A stretch of 64,000 nucleotides of DNA from an uncultured delta proteobacterium (lineage in GTDB: Bacteria; Desulfobacterota; Binatia; Bin18), in contig CAVTCR010000071.1 of assembly GCA_963733195.1 (NCBI GenBank), forward strand, positions 111,642 through 175,641, in the 5' to 3' direction. Of the stretch, positions 32,602 through 46,048 are shown piece by piece (the first letter of the stretch is position 1; each line of letters opens with the position of its first letter). Position numbers and translations under genes: made by a program. The notes under the pieces are model-generated. The model was not told the DNA's origin. It ran no database searches and saw nothing but the letters and a program-made list of their open reading frames with translations.

Positions 32602-32675
32602 CGGGTCAGGCAGGATTCGAACCTGCAACCCTCGGATTTGGAGTCCGATGCTCTAGCCATTGGAGCTACTGACCC
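32602..32675 (-). tRNA. tRNA-Trp (CCA)
   Basis: GGGTCAG acceptor stem, CT-CCA-AA anticodon loop, GGTTCGAATCC T-arm. Confidence 0.95.
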
Positions 32676-32691
32676 CTCATTTCCTCACACT

Positions 32692-32838
32692 TTAGCCCTC
32701 TTTATGAGAGGTATGAATTCGGCAGAATGGACAGAACTTCCGCAAGGATATTTTTTCTGTAGTCGTTTTTTTGTTCTTTGTCGTAGTGTAGTTTTTATGC
32801 TTACACTGTTCACAAGAAAGGGAAATTAGGTCTCGCAT
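32692..32838 (-). CDS. rpmG: 50S ribosomal protein L33 (Zn-ribbon type)
   Basis: Manual translation MRDLISLSCEQCKHKNYTTTKNKK...KFCPFCRIHTSHKE. Confidence 0.96.
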   Translation of the reverse strand: MRDLISLSCEQCKHKNYTTTKNKKTTTEKISLRKFCPFCRIHTSHKEG

Positions 32839-32864
32839 TACGATCTCTCCTTCACATTTGCGTA

Positions 32865-34056
<1,192 letters not shown>

Positions 34057-34125
34057 CTCTCACTCCTCACTGTTAGTTTAAATTAGAAGAGCTTCTGCTC
34101 CAGATGCCAGTAAAGCAATACTTTA

Positions 34126-34198
34126 AGCCCAGGAGCGGGATTGAACCGCCGACCTCGTCCTTACCAAGGACGTGCTCTGCCAACTGAGCTACCTGGGC
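34126..34198 (-). tRNA. tRNA-Thr (GGT)
   Basis: Cloverleaf with anticodon GGT; classic tufB-operon tRNA. Confidence 0.94.
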
Positions 34199-34276
34199 AA
34201 CGCCCCCTGCATCTCTTCCTTTTTACAATCAATACTCTACGTAAGACAGCTAAATAAAACCTACATTGGAATAGAG

Positions 34277-34350
34277 AGCGGGAAACGGGATTCGAACCCG
34301 CGACCCCAAGCTTGGAAGGCTTGCGCTCTAGCCAGCTGAGCTATTCCCGC
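34277..34350 (-). tRNA. tRNA-Gly (TCC)
   Basis: GCGGGAA acceptor stem, anticodon TCC. Confidence 0.94.
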
Positions 34351-34389
34351 ATCATCGTGTTTCGCTGCCATCCACCCTAAGTTCATTTA

Positions 34390-34472
<83 letters not shown>

Positions 34473-34504
34473 AGATCTTGATTCACATTGCCATGACCGA
34501 GACA

Positions 34505-34576
34505 AGCTGACGATAGGACTTGAACCTACAACCTACTGATTACAAATCAGTTGCTCTACCGTTGAGCTACGCCAGC
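34505..34576 (-). tRNA. tRNA-Thr (TGT)
   Basis: GCTGGCG acceptor stem, anticodon TGT. Confidence 0.94.
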
Positions 34577-34809
34577 AACTATTCGATTCCTGCGGACGTA
34601 GAGCAGGCGTTTCGTAGCCCAGAAGAGAAATACGACAGGAGAGACCATGTTTTACGTTTCACCAGTACGAGAGGTAAACCTTATCGATTCACCACACACA
34701 AGTCAAGAGCAGTGAACAAAGATCATGCCGAATCAAACTGAAGAAGGGCGGGTGTTTTTGGATACGGGAAAGTCGGAGAACATATTCTTTTCTATCGCGA
34801 CCAAGGTGA

Positions 34810-35574
34810 TTATCTATTTTCCTTTTGTGGAAGTGTCCGACGTAAGAATTCATAGAGGGCGACAGCACCAGCGACGGAAACATTGAGAGAATCCACATGC
34901 CCCCGCATAGGGATCGAGACGAGACAGTCACACATCTGCTTTGTGAGTTGACGCAAGCCTTTCTCTTCTCCTCCAAGCACCAGGGCAATCTTATGAGAAA
35001 GCTGAAGTTCATAGAGAGATTGCGGCGCATCTTGGACAAGTCCAATGACCCAATAACCTCGTTCTCGAATCATCGATAATGCGCGGGCAAGATTTTCCAC
35101 ACGACAGATTGGTAAATACGCTGTCGCTCCGGTCGCAGTCTTTTCAGCCACAGCAGACAATGGCACAGAACGCGATTCAGTGATGATTACCCCTGCAACC
35201 CCAGCTCCCTCTGCCGTTCGTAGAAGGGCTCCAAGATTACGAGGGTCAGCAAGCCCGTCTAGCACCAGTAAGAGTTCACCTTCTCGTTCGAGAATATCAG
35301 AGAGCACGGCATAAGGGAACGGAAGTAAGCGAGCAGCGACCCCTTGATGCACCCCTCCTTTGGTAAAATCCTCGAAGAAATCTGCATCCTGGTAGCGAAT
35401 CGGGACCTGTGCTTGACGGGCTAATTCTTCAATCTTTGTCCCTTTGAGTGAGGGAAGCAAATAGAGCTCAAGAACATGCTGGGGGCGGGCGCGCAAATGT
35501 TCATGGACGGAGTGCCATCCATACAATCGGCGCGATTTACAATCTTTTTCTTTTTTCCTAGGATGCAGGCGCAT
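34810..35574 (-). CDS. rlmB: 23S rRNA (Gm2251) 2'-O-methyltransferase, SpoU family (start uncertain)
   Basis: HQGVAA, DPRNLGALLRTA, GGEEKGL, SLNVSVA. Confidence 0.92.
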   Translation of the reverse strand: MRLHPRKKEKDCKSRRLYGWHSVHEHLRARPQHVLELYLLPSLKGTKIEELARQAQVPIRYQDADFFEDFTKGGVHQGVAARLLPFPYAVLSDILEREGELLLVLDGLADPRNLGALLRTAEGAGVAGVIITESRSVPLSAVAEKTATGATAYLPICRVENLARALSMIRERGYWVIGLVQDAPQSLYELQLSHKIALVLGGEEKGLRQLTKQMCDCLVSIPMRGHVDSLNVSVAGAVALYEFLRRTLPQKENR

Positions 35575-36706
35575 GGGCAAAACTTTACGTCGCTACGTCT
35601 ATCGTGAACTTGCGACTCCCTTCTTTTTTGCTCTGCTCATTTTTACGATTATCTTATTTACTGTACGAATCCTCAAGCTCGTTGAGCTCGTCGTAAATCG
35701 TGGAGTTCCGCTTGAACAATTGCTAGCGATCTTTCTCTACATTCTGCCAGCATTCTTCGAGGTCACAGTCCCTATGTCCTTTCTACTCGCTCTTCTGTGG
35801 AGTTTTGGCCGGTTGTCGTCAGACCGAGAAATTCTTGCGCTGAAAAGTTGCGGGATCAGTTTCAAGCAAATGGCTTTTCCTGTTGCGATCGTTACCGTCC
35901 TCATCCTCGGGGGAACATTTTTCCTCACTCTGTACGCGCGACCGTGGAGCAACACAGCATTACGACAGGTTATCTATGAAGTCACGAAAACTCGCGCAAC
36001 CGCAGGATTGAGGGAAAAAACCTTCAATGACGAATTCGATGGTGTTGTTGTGTACACCGACGAGATTCAGCCTCCGGGCGATGTCCTTCAGGGCGTGATG
36101 ATCGCGGACAACCGCACCGTAGAAAAGCAGAATACGATCTTCGCCCGTCAGGGACGCGTTGTCATTAATGAAAACAGCCAGTTACTTACACTCCGTCTTT
36201 TCGATGGAACAGTGCATAGCATCGAAGCGTCCCGTAAGGGTTACCAAACAACACACTTTTCCACGTATGATTTGACCCTTAACCTTGCGACTGCGCTTTC
36301 CGAGATGGCACGGACAACCACAACACCGTCAGAACTCTCGTTACGTGACTTGCGATCCTCTATTGAGCAAAAACAGAAAGACGGAGCCAATGTCAACGCC
36401 GAACTCTCTGAACTCCACCGTAGATTTTCTCTTCCCTTCTCTTGTCTTGTCTTCCTATTACTCGCCCTGCCCCTCAGCATTCGTCCGATGTGGGGGTTTC
36501 GCTCCCAGGGATTTGCCATTAGTATTGTCATCATTGTCGCGTACTATGTTCTCCTTACCGTAGGAGAAACTCTCGGTAAGAAAGGTTCTCTGCCTCCAGC
36601 CATTGCACTCTGGCTACCGAATCTTGTCCTCGGAACTATTGGGGTAATACTCTTTAGGCGAGCGGCACAGGAAAAAGAAGGACTGTTCTTTTCCTCTGCG
36701 AAGTGA
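35573..36706 (+). CDS. lptF: LPS export ABC transporter permease LptF
   Basis: RYVYRE N-terminus, RLSSDREILALKSCGIS, ELHRRFSLPF, WLPNLV. Confidence 0.9.
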   Translation: MGKTLRRYVYRELATPFFFALLIFTIILFTVRILKLVELVVNRGVPLEQLLAIFLYILPAFFEVTVPMSFLLALLWSFGRLSSDREILALKSCGISFKQMAFPVAIVTVLILGGTFFLTLYARPWSNTALRQVIYEVTKTRATAGLREKTFNDEFDGVVVYTDEIQPPGDVLQGVMIADNRTVEKQNTIFARQGRVVINENSQLLTLRLFDGTVHSIEASRKGYQTTHFSTYDLTLNLATALSEMARTTTTPSELSLRDLRSSIEQKQKDGANVNAELSELHRRFSLPFSCLVFLLLALPLSIRPMWGFRSQGFAISIVIIVAYYVLLTVGETLGKKGSLPPAIALWLPNLVLGTIGVILFRRAAQEKEGLFFSSAK

Positions 36707-37857
36707 ACGTTCTTTTCGTTCAGTCGTTGGGGCAAGAACCAATAGTGATGCGAAACGAGTCGCGCATGTCTTCTCCGAATATTTCTTCTTCGCGGATCAT
36801 TACCGTGTACTTGAGCAGAGAGTTTCTCCGTACTTTCTGCTTGTGTCTCTTATTTTTGTGGACGTTAGCATTGTTAATCGACTTCTTTGACCGCCTCGAC
36901 GACTTCATCCGCCAGGATGCTAACGTTTCGTCAATTCTGCGCTATTTTTTCTTCAAAGCGCCTCTTTTCGTTTCGCAAATGGCCCCGGCGGCCGCCCTCA
37001 CTGGGTCTCTGCTTAGCTTGAGTTTGCTTTCTCGTAGCCGGGAGCTGCTTGCGCTGAAAGCGTGTGGGTTTAGTACTGTCCAGATTGCTCGCCCATTACT
37101 GTTGGCTGCAGCTCTACTCAGCACTGGCGTATGGCTATGGAACGAGTTTGTCGTCCCTTTCTCTTTTCATAAAGCTCGACTCATTAATTCTGAAGAGATC
37201 AAGAAGAAGCCATTCAAAGGCTTCTTTGACGAACGCGGGTTTTGGTATCACGGGGAGAATGCTTTTTACCACATTGAGCATTTTGACCAGCGGGCCAGTG
37301 TTCTTTCAGGGCTCACGGTGTACAGACTCGACGGACAATTTCAGGTTCGATCGTTAGTCGAGATCTCACGAGCTGTTTGGCAAGAAGGGCAATGGAAATG
37401 CGACAATTTCAGGGAAAAAGATATTTCTTCTGTCGGCTCCTCTACAGCGCAGGCGTGTGGCTCTTTATTACGTGAAACCCCAGACGACTTCTCCATTGTG
37501 GCGCTAGAGGCAGAAGAGTTTTCTTCTCAACAACTGCGTCAGTATATCTTTGATCTTCGTAGAAAAGGTCTGGACACGACGGTATATCAGGTTGACCTTT
37601 ATCTGAAGGGAGCTCTTCCCATTGCAACACTGGCAATGACGCTTCTCGGCCTTTCTTTAGCTATCCCCGGGGCTAGGCAGCTTACGCTTGCGACTTCGCT
37701 AGGATTTGCGCTCGTAGTGGGATTTGGCTATTGGGTGCTGTTCGCACTTTCAGTTTCCCTCGGCCATAGCGGTGCACTGTCGCCCTTTCTCTCAGCTTGG
37801 ATAGCGAACAGTGCAACCTGTCTTGTGGGAATTTTCTTTCTCTTGGGAGTGGATTAG
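36703..37857 (+). CDS. lptG: LPS export ABC transporter permease LptG (start may lie downstream)
   Basis: YjgP/YjgQ pattern ELLALKACG...AWIAN; tandem with lptF. Confidence 0.88.
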   Translation: MNVLFVQSLGQEPIVMRNESRMSSPNISSSRIITVYLSREFLRTFCLCLLFLWTLALLIDFFDRLDDFIRQDANVSSILRYFFFKAPLFVSQMAPAAALTGSLLSLSLLSRSRELLALKACGFSTVQIARPLLLAAALLSTGVWLWNEFVVPFSFHKARLINSEEIKKKPFKGFFDERGFWYHGENAFYHIEHFDQRASVLSGLTVYRLDGQFQVRSLVEISRAVWQEGQWKCDNFREKDISSVGSSTAQACGSLLRETPDDFSIVALEAEEFSSQQLRQYIFDLRRKGLDTTVYQVDLYLKGALPIATLAMTLLGLSLAIPGARQLTLATSLGFALVVGFGYWVLFALSVSLGHSGALSPFLSAWIANSATCLVGIFFLLGVD

Positions 37858-37874
37858 TTCCTGGCAGAGAAACT

Positions 37875-38273
37875 TTAACGCTTTGAGTACTGTGGGCGCT
37901 TTCTCGCTTTATGCCTCCCGTACTTCTTACGCTCAACTTCTCGTGAGTCTCGCGTAATATATCCCGCTTTCTTCAATGCCGGGCGAAACTCTGCGTTGAC
38001 CTTGAGGAGCGCACGTGTCACTCCGTGACGGATCGCGGTAGCTTGGGCAGAGTTTCCACCGCCTTGCACATTCGCAATCAAATCATACTGCCCTTCAGTT
38101 TGCGTCACTGCGAAAGGCTGTTGGACGACCATCTGCGCTGTTTCTCTGCCAAAATAGGCAGAGAGGGCTTGCCGATTCACTGTGTAGGCTCCACTTCCGT
38201 TAAAAAGACGTACTCGTGCCACGGCTGTTTTTCGCTTCCCAGTCCCCCAATATTCCGTTTTCCGTTCAGCCAT
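37875..38273 (-). CDS. rpsI: 30S ribosomal protein S9
   Basis: [10 protein letters not shown]...RKRPQYSKR. Confidence 0.98.
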   Translation of the reverse strand: MAERKTEYWGTGKRKTAVARVRLFNGSGAYTVNRQALSAYFGRETAQMVVQQPFAVTQTEGQYDLIANVQGGGNSAQATAIRHGVTRALLKVNAEFRPALKKAGYITRDSREVERKKYGRHKARKRPQYSKR

Positions 38274-38275
38274 AC

Positions 38276-38722
38276 CTACTCTCCAAAACTCAGTGCAGTT
38301 GGTTGCTGAGCACGGTGCGGATGCTCCGCGCCAGCATATACTTTTAGTTTTGTTGCCATACTCCGCCCGAGGCGATTCTTGGGCAACATTCCCTCGACCG
38401 CTAATCGCAACACTTCCTCGGGCTTCGACGCAAGCATCTGTCCGGCAGATGTTGAACGAATACCGCCAGGATACTCAGTGTGCCGGTAGTAGATCTTATC
38501 TTGCAGCTTGTTGCCTGAGAATCGTACATGGCGAGCGTTAATAACAACGACAAAGTCCCCACAATCAAGGTGTGGAGAAAATGCGGGATTGTTCTTTCCC
38601 CTCAGGGCAGAAGCGATCACGCTTGCAAGCCGCCCCACGGTCTTGTCGGTTGCATCGACGATGTGCCATCGCCGAGCACCGAGCAAGGTTCCTCTTGAGA
38701 TTGTTTTTGTCTCCTTCTTCAT
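38276..38722 (-). CDS. rplM: 50S ribosomal protein L13
   Basis: WHIVDA...GRLAS...GDFVVVINA...GMLPKN. Confidence 0.98.
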   Translation of the reverse strand: MKKETKTISRGTLLGARRWHIVDATDKTVGRLASVIASALRGKNNPAFSPHLDCGDFVVVINARHVRFSGNKLQDKIYYRHTEYPGGIRSTSAGQMLASKPEEVLRLAVEGMLPKNRLGRSMATKLKVYAGAEHPHRAQQPTALSFGE

Positions 38723-38753
38723 TTCATCACTCTCTGTTCTCTATCGATAAGGG

Positions 38754-38830
38754 TGGCGGGGCCGACGAGACTCGAACTCGCGACCTCCGGCGTGACAGGC
38801 CGGCGTTCTAACCAGCTGAACTACGACCCC
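38754..38830 (-). tRNA. tRNA-Asp (GTC)
   Basis: Cloverleaf, anticodon GTC, encoded CCA end. Confidence 0.95.
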
Positions 38831-38834
38831 ACCA

Positions 38835-38906
38835 TGGGCGGTATCCGGTTCGAACGGATGGCCCTCGGCTTGTAAGGCCGATGCTCTTCCGCTGAGCTAA
38901 CCGCCC
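38835..38906 (-). tRNA. tRNA-Val (TAC)
   Basis: GGGCGGT acceptor stem, anticodon TAC. Confidence 0.93.
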
Positions 38907-39009
38907 TTGAGCAAGGGCTAAACAGGAGATCGACGGGGGCATGCATTCCTTCTTCGCGACCAGAGGCGAGAGCAGTAACACCCACAAAAGTTCCCGTCAA
39001 TCCCCTGCC

Positions 39010-41469
39010 CTAATGGGTCACAATCTCGGAAGAAGCAGGAGGAACTGTCGGTTTAGAAGGATAAAGCGATTGAGCAAGCCCAGATTCTCTGCGTAGTAAG
39101 AAATTCTCTGGGTCATCAAGCACAAGCGCTTTGCGGAGGACGTCATCCAGGCTGGACACGGCTTCTACTTGTATCGCTTTCAGGACTTCAGTCGGAACTT
39201 CTTGCAAGTCTTTTACATTCTCTTCTGGGAAAAGCACCTTCTTAATCCCGGCACGATGGGCTGCAAGGATTTTCTCTTTTAACCCCCCAATAGGAAGCAC
39301 TCTTCCACGGAGAGTAATCTCACCTGTCATTGCAACATCATGGCGTACCAAAGTACGTGTCAGTGCTGACACCAGGGAAGTGGCAATAGTTACTCCAGCT
39401 GAAGGGCCGTCCTTTGGAATTGCCCCTTCGGGGATATGAAGGTGAATGTCAATTTTCTGGTAGAAGTCTTTGTCCAACCCTAACTCATCAGCACGAGAGC
39501 GAACATAACTCATAGCCGCTTGCGCCGATTCCTGCATCACATCACCGATCTTACCGGTTACTGTGAGCTTTCCTTTTCCTGGCACGACCGTCACTTCAGT
39601 GGCGAGAATCTCTCCACCCATATCTGTCCAGGCAAGACCAGTGACAACACCAACCTTGTCTTCTTGTTCGGCTTTACTGACACGGAATTTCGTCGGACCA
39701 AGATATTTAGCAAGGTTCTTTGTTGTGAGGCGTACTCGGGTATTGCGATCCTTCTTGACAACTTCAACCGCAACTTTTCGGCACAGCGTGCCAATTTCTC
39801 TTTCCAAGCTACGCACTCCAGACTCTCTGGTGTACGATCGGACAACCGAAAGAAGTACGCTATCGGGGCAGTCAATATTCTGTTCTGTGAGCCCGTTCGC
39901 TTCCCTCTGCTTCTTGAACAAATATTTTTTCGCAATATGGAGTTTCTCCCATTCAGTGTATCCAGGGATACGAATAATCTCCATACGATCTTGCAAGGGT
40001 CGTGGAATGCGCTCCAATGCGTTGGCAGTACAGATAAACATTACTTTTGACAAATCGTAATCGACATCAAGGTAGTGGTCGTTAAAGGTAGTGTTTTGTT
40101 CTGGATCAAGCACTTCCATCAGTGCGGCAGAGGGGTCTCCACGAAAGTCAGTTGACATCTTGTCAACTTCATCAAGGAGGAAGACTGGATTCCCAGAGCC
40201 TGCTTTCTTCATGCCATGAATAATTTTTCCTGGCATAGCACCAATATAGGTCCGCCGGTGTCCACGAATCTCGGCTTCATCGCGCACTCCACCAAGAGAA
40301 ACACGAACAAACTTTCTTCCAGTAGCTCGGGCAATCGATTTACCGAGCGAGGTTTTTCCAACACCTGGAGGACCCACGAAACACAGGATCGGTCCACGTA
40401 ATTGCCCAACCAAACTCTGGACCGCAAGATATTCAAGAATTCGCTCTTTAATTTTTTCTAGGCCATAGTGGTCTTCATCTAGGACTTTCTCTGCATCCTG
40501 AATATCAAGTCGGTCTTCGGTATATTCATACCAGGGTAAGGAGAGGAGTGAGTCGATATAATTGCGAACCACCGTCGCCTCAGCCGACATCGGCGACATC
40601 ATTTTTAGCTTTTTTAATTCCTTTTCGACCTTCTCTCGAGCCTCGGCTGACATTTTTTTCTGACGAATCTTTTCTTCTAATTCCTGAATCTCATTCTTGA
40701 ATTCATCTTTCTCCCCGAGCTCTTTTTGAATCGCTCGCATTTGCTCGTTGAGATAGTACTCTTTCTGCGATTTCTCCATCTGTTTTTTGACACGACTGCG
40801 GATCCGTCGTTCAACTTCAAGGATCTCAATCTCTGACCGCATGTGGCCAAGAACTTTTTCTAACCGCTCTGCCGGGTCAATCGTTTCTAGAAGTACCTGC
40901 TTGTCTTCAAGCTTTACTCCAAGATGGGCAATAATCGTGTCAGCAAGGCGCGAAGGATCGTCTAGCGCAGCAACCGACATGATCATTTCTGGAGGAATCT
41001 TTTTATTGAGCCGCACGTAGTTTTCAAATGTCGAGTTCACCGTACGAGTCAGGGCATCGATATCAGATCCGCGATTGTGGGATTCTTCAATTTCTTCAGC
41101 CTCGATCCAAAAGAGATCGTTCTGATCAAGATGACGAAGAATCCGTCCTCGTTTTTTCCCCTCGACTAATACTTTTACAGTTCCATCAGGCAGTCGTAAG
41201 AGTTGCACAACGTTGCCGATCGTGCCGATTTGGTACATATCGTCTGCAACTGGATCATTAACTTTCGCATCTTTCTGGGTTGCCAAAAAGATCAGCCGTT
41301 TGTTCGCAACAGCTTCTTCAAGCGCTTTGATGGACTTCTGACGACCAACAAAGAGAGGAACAACCATGTGAGGAAAGACAATAATATCTCGTAACGGTAA
41401 AAGTGGCAGACGCACACTTCCTCCTCTTTCTCGGGAATCTTTTTTGTCATTGCGGAACTGCATAACCAC
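39010..41469 (-). CDS. lon: ATP-dependent protease La
   Basis: LPLLPLRD N-domain, [16 protein letters not shown]. Confidence 0.98.
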   Translation of the reverse strand: MVMQFRNDKKDSRERGGSVRLPLLPLRDIIVFPHMVVPLFVGRQKSIKALEEAVANKRLIFLATQKDAKVNDPVADDMYQIGTIGNVVQLLRLPDGTVKVLVEGKKRGRILRHLDQNDLFWIEAEEIEESHNRGSDIDALTRTVNSTFENYVRLNKKIPPEMIMSVAALDDPSRLADTIIAHLGVKLEDKQVLLETIDPAERLEKVLGHMRSEIEILEVERRIRSRVKKQMEKSQKEYYLNEQMRAIQKELGEKDEFKNEIQELEEKIRQKKMSAEAREKVEKELKKLKMMSPMSAEATVVRNYIDSLLSLPWYEYTEDRLDIQDAEKVLDEDHYGLEKIKERILEYLAVQSLVGQLRGPILCFVGPPGVGKTSLGKSIARATGRKFVRVSLGGVRDEAEIRGHRRTYIGAMPGKIIHGMKKAGSGNPVFLLDEVDKMSTDFRGDPSAALMEVLDPEQNTTFNDHYLDVDYDLSKVMFICTANALERIPRPLQDRMEIIRIPGYTEWEKLHIAKKYLFKKQREANGLTEQNIDCPDSVLLSVVRSYTRESGVRSLEREIGTLCRKVAVEVVKKDRNTRVRLTTKNLAKYLGPTKFRVSKAEQEDKVGVVTGLAWTDMGGEILATEVTVVPGKGKLTVTGKIGDVMQESAQAAMSYVRSRADELGLDKDFYQKIDIHLHIPEGAIPKDGPSAGVTIATSLVSALTRTLVRHDVAMTGEITLRGRVLPIGGLKEKILAAHRAGIKKVLFPEENVKDLQEVPTEVLKAIQVEAVSSLDDVLRKALVLDDPENFLLRRESGLAQSLYPSKPTVPPASSEIVTH

Positions 41470-41497
41470 TCACCCCCTAATAGCACTGACGTCTGAC

Positions 41498-42754
41498 CTA
41501 CGCACTCTCGGCAGCGGCTTTCTGATAGAGCACGATCGGTTGCGCGTTCCGCGAAACCACCTCTTCAGAAATGAGTACTTCTTTAATATTGGGTTGTGAA
41601 GGAATATCGTACATGACATCTAGCATAATGTTTTCCATGATTGCCCGAAGTCCCCGTGCTCCGGACTTTCGCTTAAGCGCCTCACGGGCAATTGCCCCTA
41701 ACGCGCCTTCTGTGAAGCGCAGATGCACATTCTCCATATCAAAAAGTTTTTGATACTGACGGACGAGCGCGTTCTTCGGTTCACGCAGAATGCGCACGAG
41801 TGCCTGTTCGTCTAGTTCCTCGAGAGTCGCTAATACAGGTAAACGACCAACAAATTCTGGGATCATACCGAATTTGAGCAGATCCTCAGGCTGGACTTCT
41901 GCCAGAAGCGCGCTTGCACTTTTGTCTGCAGCTCCTTTTACGTCAGCGCCAAAACCAAGGCTTTTCCCACCAATCCGGCGACGAATAAGGTCCTCTAGAC
42001 CAACAAACGCCCCACCACAGATGAACAAAATGTTTGTCGTATCAACTTGAACAAACTCTTGCTGAGGATGTTTTCGCCCACCTTTCGGAGGTACACTTGC
42101 AACTGTCCCCTCAATAATTTTGAGCAGTGCCTGCTGCACTCCTTCTCCGGACACATCTCGTGTAATCGAAGGGTTATCCCCCTTACGAGCGATCTTATCA
42201 ATCTCATCAATGTAGACGATACCTTTCTGGCATTTCTCAACATCGTAATCGGCATTTTGCAACAAACTCAGAATGATATTCTCAACATCTTCTCCAACAT
42301 ATCCGGCTTCAGTCAGACTGGTTGCATCACCAATAGTGAACGGGACCTGCAGAAAACGCGCTAGGGTTTGCGCGAGGAGGGTTTTCCCTGATCCGGTTGG
42401 GCCGATGAGAAGAATGTTTGACTTCTGCAAATCGACATCACTCGTCACCATCTGCGAATCGACACGCTTGTAGTGGTTATGTACGGCGACGGCAAGAATT
42501 TTCTTCGCTCGCTCCTGGCCAATAACATATTGGTCGAGGACACGTTTGATTTCTGCCGGTTTCGGAACCGCTGACACTGAAGAAAAAGAGTCTTCCTGGT
42601 CCCCCTCTTCAGCAATAATGTCGTTGCACAAATCTATGCATTCATCACAGATGTACACCGTCGGGCCAGCAATGAGTTTGCGTACTTCGTCTTGGCTCTT
42701 TCCACAAAATGAGCAGACTAAGTTGCCCGGACGATCATCACCATGTCTCGCCAT
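41498..42754 (-). CDS. clpX: Clp protease ATP-binding subunit ClpX
   Basis: CSFCGK zinc finger, [18 protein letters not shown]. Confidence 0.98.
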   Translation of the reverse strand: MARHGDDRPGNLVCSFCGKSQDEVRKLIAGPTVYICDECIDLCNDIIAEEGDQEDSFSSVSAVPKPAEIKRVLDQYVIGQERAKKILAVAVHNHYKRVDSQMVTSDVDLQKSNILLIGPTGSGKTLLAQTLARFLQVPFTIGDATSLTEAGYVGEDVENIILSLLQNADYDVEKCQKGIVYIDEIDKIARKGDNPSITRDVSGEGVQQALLKIIEGTVASVPPKGGRKHPQQEFVQVDTTNILFICGGAFVGLEDLIRRRIGGKSLGFGADVKGAADKSASALLAEVQPEDLLKFGMIPEFVGRLPVLATLEELDEQALVRILREPKNALVRQYQKLFDMENVHLRFTEGALGAIAREALKRKSGARGLRAIMENIMLDVMYDIPSQPNIKEVLISEEVVSRNAQPIVLYQKAAAESA

Positions 42755-42766
42755 ATCGGCTCCTCG

Positions 42767-43360
42767 TCATTTTTTCACTAAACGGCTTGCGACCACTTCG
42801 TCAATGATTCCGTATTCCTGCGCCTGTTTACTGGTGAAAAAGAGATCTCTATCGGTATCTCGTTCGACTCGTTTAACATTCTGCCCGGTATGCTTTGTCA
42901 GAATATTATTCATCTGCTCCCGCAGGCGAAGGATCTCTTTTGCCTGAATATCAATATCAGTTGCTTGCCCCTGAGCTCCACCTAACGGTTGGTGGACCAT
43001 GATGCGCGCATGTGGCAACGCATAGCGTTTCCCTTTCGCTCCGGCTGCGAGAAGCCACGCTGCCATGCTTGCGGCTTGCCCGAGACACAAAGTAGAGACA
43101 TCAGGTCTGATATACTGCATCGTATCGTAGATGGCGAGGCCTGCGGTTACTGAACCACCTGGTGAGTTGATGTAAAAATGCACGTCCTTTTCTGGATCCT
43201 CGGCCTCAAGAAAGAGGAGTTGGGCAGTGATGAGATTCGCTACGTCATCAGTCACTGCCGATCCCAAGAACAGGATGCGGTCTTTCAGTAGGCGAGAGAA
43301 GATATCGTAGGCACGTTCTCCTCTTCCTGTTTGCTCAACAACGATAGGAACAAGGTTCAT
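42767..43360 (-). CDS. clpP: Clp protease proteolytic subunit
   Basis: YINSPGG, GQAASM, HQPLGG. Confidence 0.98.
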   Translation of the reverse strand: MNLVPIVVEQTGRGERAYDIFSRLLKDRILFLGSAVTDDVANLITAQLLFLEAEDPEKDVHFYINSPGGSVTAGLAIYDTMQYIRPDVSTLCLGQAASMAAWLLAAGAKGKRYALPHARIMVHQPLGGAQGQATDIDIQAKEILRLREQMNNILTKHTGQNVKRVERDTDRDLFFTSKQAQEYGIIDEVVASRLVKK

Positions 43361-43380
43361 AAGCTGTATCTTGTCCGATC

Positions 43381-44706
43381 TTAGTCTTTTTCCTCTGTAC
43401 CAGCAACGTCTCCTTCAACGATCTTCACTGTTGCTTTCTCTACAACAAGCCGTAACGCTTTGTCATGAAGCAGTCGATTACGTAACATTCGCTGATTCTC
43501 TTCTTTCGCATAGTATGCATCAACCTGAGATTGCCGTTCGACACCAACTGAGGCGGTCACTTCGGCAATTTGCTGCTGCACTTCCTCGTCAGAAACCGTT
43601 AAATTCTCTTGCTTCGCCAACGCGTCAAGTAAGAAGACTGACTGCACTTGCTTGCGCGCATGCATCGTAAATTCTTCCCGTATATTGTCCGGTAGCCCTG
43701 CATCATTCACAGAACCATCGGCATTTGGGCGTACAACTCCAGCCTCAATTAACATACGTCGCATCTGTTCTCGTACCAAACTCGGCGGAACCTCGAACGC
43801 GTTCCTCTCTAAGAGACGGGCCACGACTGCATCCTGCACTTGATTCTCGGCACGTCGCTCGGCAGCCTGTTGAAGGTTCTGACGTACCTTTTCACGTAAT
43901 TCGTCTAGCGTATCACACTCACCGTGGTCTTTGGCAAATTCATCATCGAGCGCGGGAATTTCCTTTCTCGCCAAGTCATGAATTGTGACACGAAACGCAG
44001 CGATACGTTCCGTCTCGGCAGCCTCAGTAGGTTCTTCTGCGCGCTGTGGCAGAGGAAGGGAAAATTGCACGGTCTCTCCTTTTTGTGCGTCGAGCAATCG
44101 CTCCTGAAATCCAGGAAAGATGGCTTCCTTACCGATCTCAACAAATCGCCCCTTCCCTTGCAATCCGGCAATCTGGCGCCCGCCTAAAGAAGTAGAGTAA
44201 TCAATCGTTACTACATCACCATTCTCGACCCGGTCTCGGTCGGTAATAGGATGGAGCTGTGCAAAATTCTCCGTTAAACGGGTAAGTGCATTGTTCACGT
44301 CTTCTTCGGTTACTTTACTGAGTCGCTTCTCGACCTCTAAGCCTTCATAATTCGATAGAGTCACTTCAGGGCGAACCTCTACAGTTGCTGAGTAATGAAA
44401 AGGTTGTCCAGGCACAAGCTTTTCGGTGACCAATTGAGGATCGGTAACGACCTGAATGGAATTGTCCTGCAACGCTTGCCAGTAGGTCTCTTCAACCAGG
44501 TGAGAACTCACCTCAGCCGCCACTTGTTCACCATAGTGACGTTCTAGGACTGGGCGAGGGACTTTCCCGGCGCGAAATCCTTTGACCTGCGCACTCTGCT
44601 GGAAAGTTCGGTACGTCTTTTCGAGTTCCTCCTGAACACGTTCGGAAGGAACTTCGACACTAATTTTTTTTTGTACAGAGCTGAGAGATTCAACAAGTGC
44701 TTTCAT
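43381..44706 (-). CDS. tig: Trigger factor
   Basis: GFRAGKVP ribosome-binding motif, FKBP-like domain, upstream of clpP. Confidence 0.95.
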   Translation of the reverse strand: MKALVESLSSVQKKISVEVPSERVQEELEKTYRTFQQSAQVKGFRAGKVPRPVLERHYGEQVAAEVSSHLVEETYWQALQDNSIQVVTDPQLVTEKLVPGQPFHYSATVEVRPEVTLSNYEGLEVEKRLSKVTEEDVNNALTRLTENFAQLHPITDRDRVENGDVVTIDYSTSLGGRQIAGLQGKGRFVEIGKEAIFPGFQERLLDAQKGETVQFSLPLPQRAEEPTEAAETERIAAFRVTIHDLARKEIPALDDEFAKDHGECDTLDELREKVRQNLQQAAERRAENQVQDAVVARLLERNAFEVPPSLVREQMRRMLIEAGVVRPNADGSVNDAGLPDNIREEFTMHARKQVQSVFLLDALAKQENLTVSDEEVQQQIAEVTASVGVERQSQVDAYYAKEENQRMLRNRLLHDKALRLVVEKATVKIVEGDVAGTEEKD

Positions 44707-44796
44707 AATAAAAAAGAGAAGAAAAAGAAAATCAATTGCAACAGGAGAGGGCACATAACGACTATACTAAGCAGATCAAGTTGCGTACGACAACAG

Positions 44797-44882
44797 TGCG
44801 AGAGGGGGGACTTGAACCCCCATCCGCGATTAAGCGGGCTAGATCCTAAGTCTAGTGCGTCTGCCAATTCCGCCACTCTCGC
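44797..44882 (-). tRNA. tRNA-Leu (TAG)
   Basis: Long variable arm, anticodon TAG. Confidence 0.93.
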
Positions 44883-44890
44883 ATTGCCAA

Positions 44891-44963
<73 letters not shown>

Positions 44964-45016
44964 ATATTCTACCTGCATACTTTTTCAAACAGCCTTCATA
45001 AGATTTTCTGCATTTA

Positions 45017-45091
45017 GGGTGAGTGAAGGGATTTGAACCCTCGACCCTCGGGGCCACAACCCGATGCTCTGCCAGCTGAGCTACACCCACC
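45017..45091 (-). tRNA. tRNA-His (GTG)
   Basis: Cloverleaf, anticodon GTG. Confidence 0.93.
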
Positions 45092-45103
45092 ATAGTTTCC
45101 ATA

Positions 45104-45177
<74 letters not shown>

Positions 45178-45245
45178 CTAATCAGCAGAGAGTCAGGAAA
45201 CACCGCAACATAAAAGGCCGCGTGCCTCCCGGTCTCGCTGTGCAA

Positions 45246-45319
<74 letters not shown>

Positions 45320-45425
45320 ATCTGTTGCTTGCGAATTCGATTAACAAACCCAACTAGAGAGCGCAAGGAGGATGCGTGTTTCTAGTGACAACATCACACG
45401 GTGGACAGGATAATGGGCGGCGATC

Positions 45426-45938
45426 TTATGAGGAGGTTGAATGCGTATTCACCGTGGAAGTGACCTCAGTTCGCATTGCAGAAGGCGTATTCCACGGACG
45501 GCGTTCCCACAACGCAAGCTCTTCACGCAAACCGGCTCTATGCGCGATATGTTGCAAGGAAATTCCAGCTAAGTAATTCCCAAGGATGCGCTGTGCTTCA
45601 TGCCAGATAGAAATTTGGCTACAAACCGAGCAGTAACGGCAGGCCCGTTCTTTCTCTTCAAGACAGCCCATAAGTGTCAGAGGTCCTTCAAGACACTCAT
45701 ACACCTCTTTGAGGTTAATCTCCGTCGCTGAGCGCTTGAGTGTAAATCCACCACGAGCTCCCATATACGATTGTACGAATCCACCACTCTCCAAACGTTT
45801 CATAATCTTCGAGAGAAAGTGGGTGGGAATATCTTGCTTCGTCTGAATCTCGCGCCGGGACACAGTGCAGCCAGGGGCTTGAGCCGCAAGGTACGAGAGT
45901 GCACGTAAAGCGTAGTCTACACGTTTGCCGATATTCAT
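45426..45938 (-). CDS. Rrf2-family (IscR-like) Fe-S transcriptional regulator
   Basis: DYALRALSYLA, GARGGF wing, C-x7-C-x2-C-x2-C cysteine cluster. Confidence 0.9.
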   Translation of the reverse strand: MNIGKRVDYALRALSYLAAQAPGCTVSRREIQTKQDIPTHFLSKIMKRLESGGFVQSYMGARGGFTLKRSATEINLKEVYECLEGPLTLMGCLEEKERACRYCSVCSQISIWHEAQRILGNYLAGISLQHIAHRAGLREELALWERRPWNTPSAMRTEVTSTVNTHSTSS

Positions 45939-46048
45939 CAGCGAGCTGCGCTCGATAGACCGCCCCTGAGTACTCTTCAGCTGGGACTTTTCTTGTATCG
46001 CTCGCTCGTGGCGAATCTGTGCCATGCCTGCTTTACCTTGTGTTTAGG

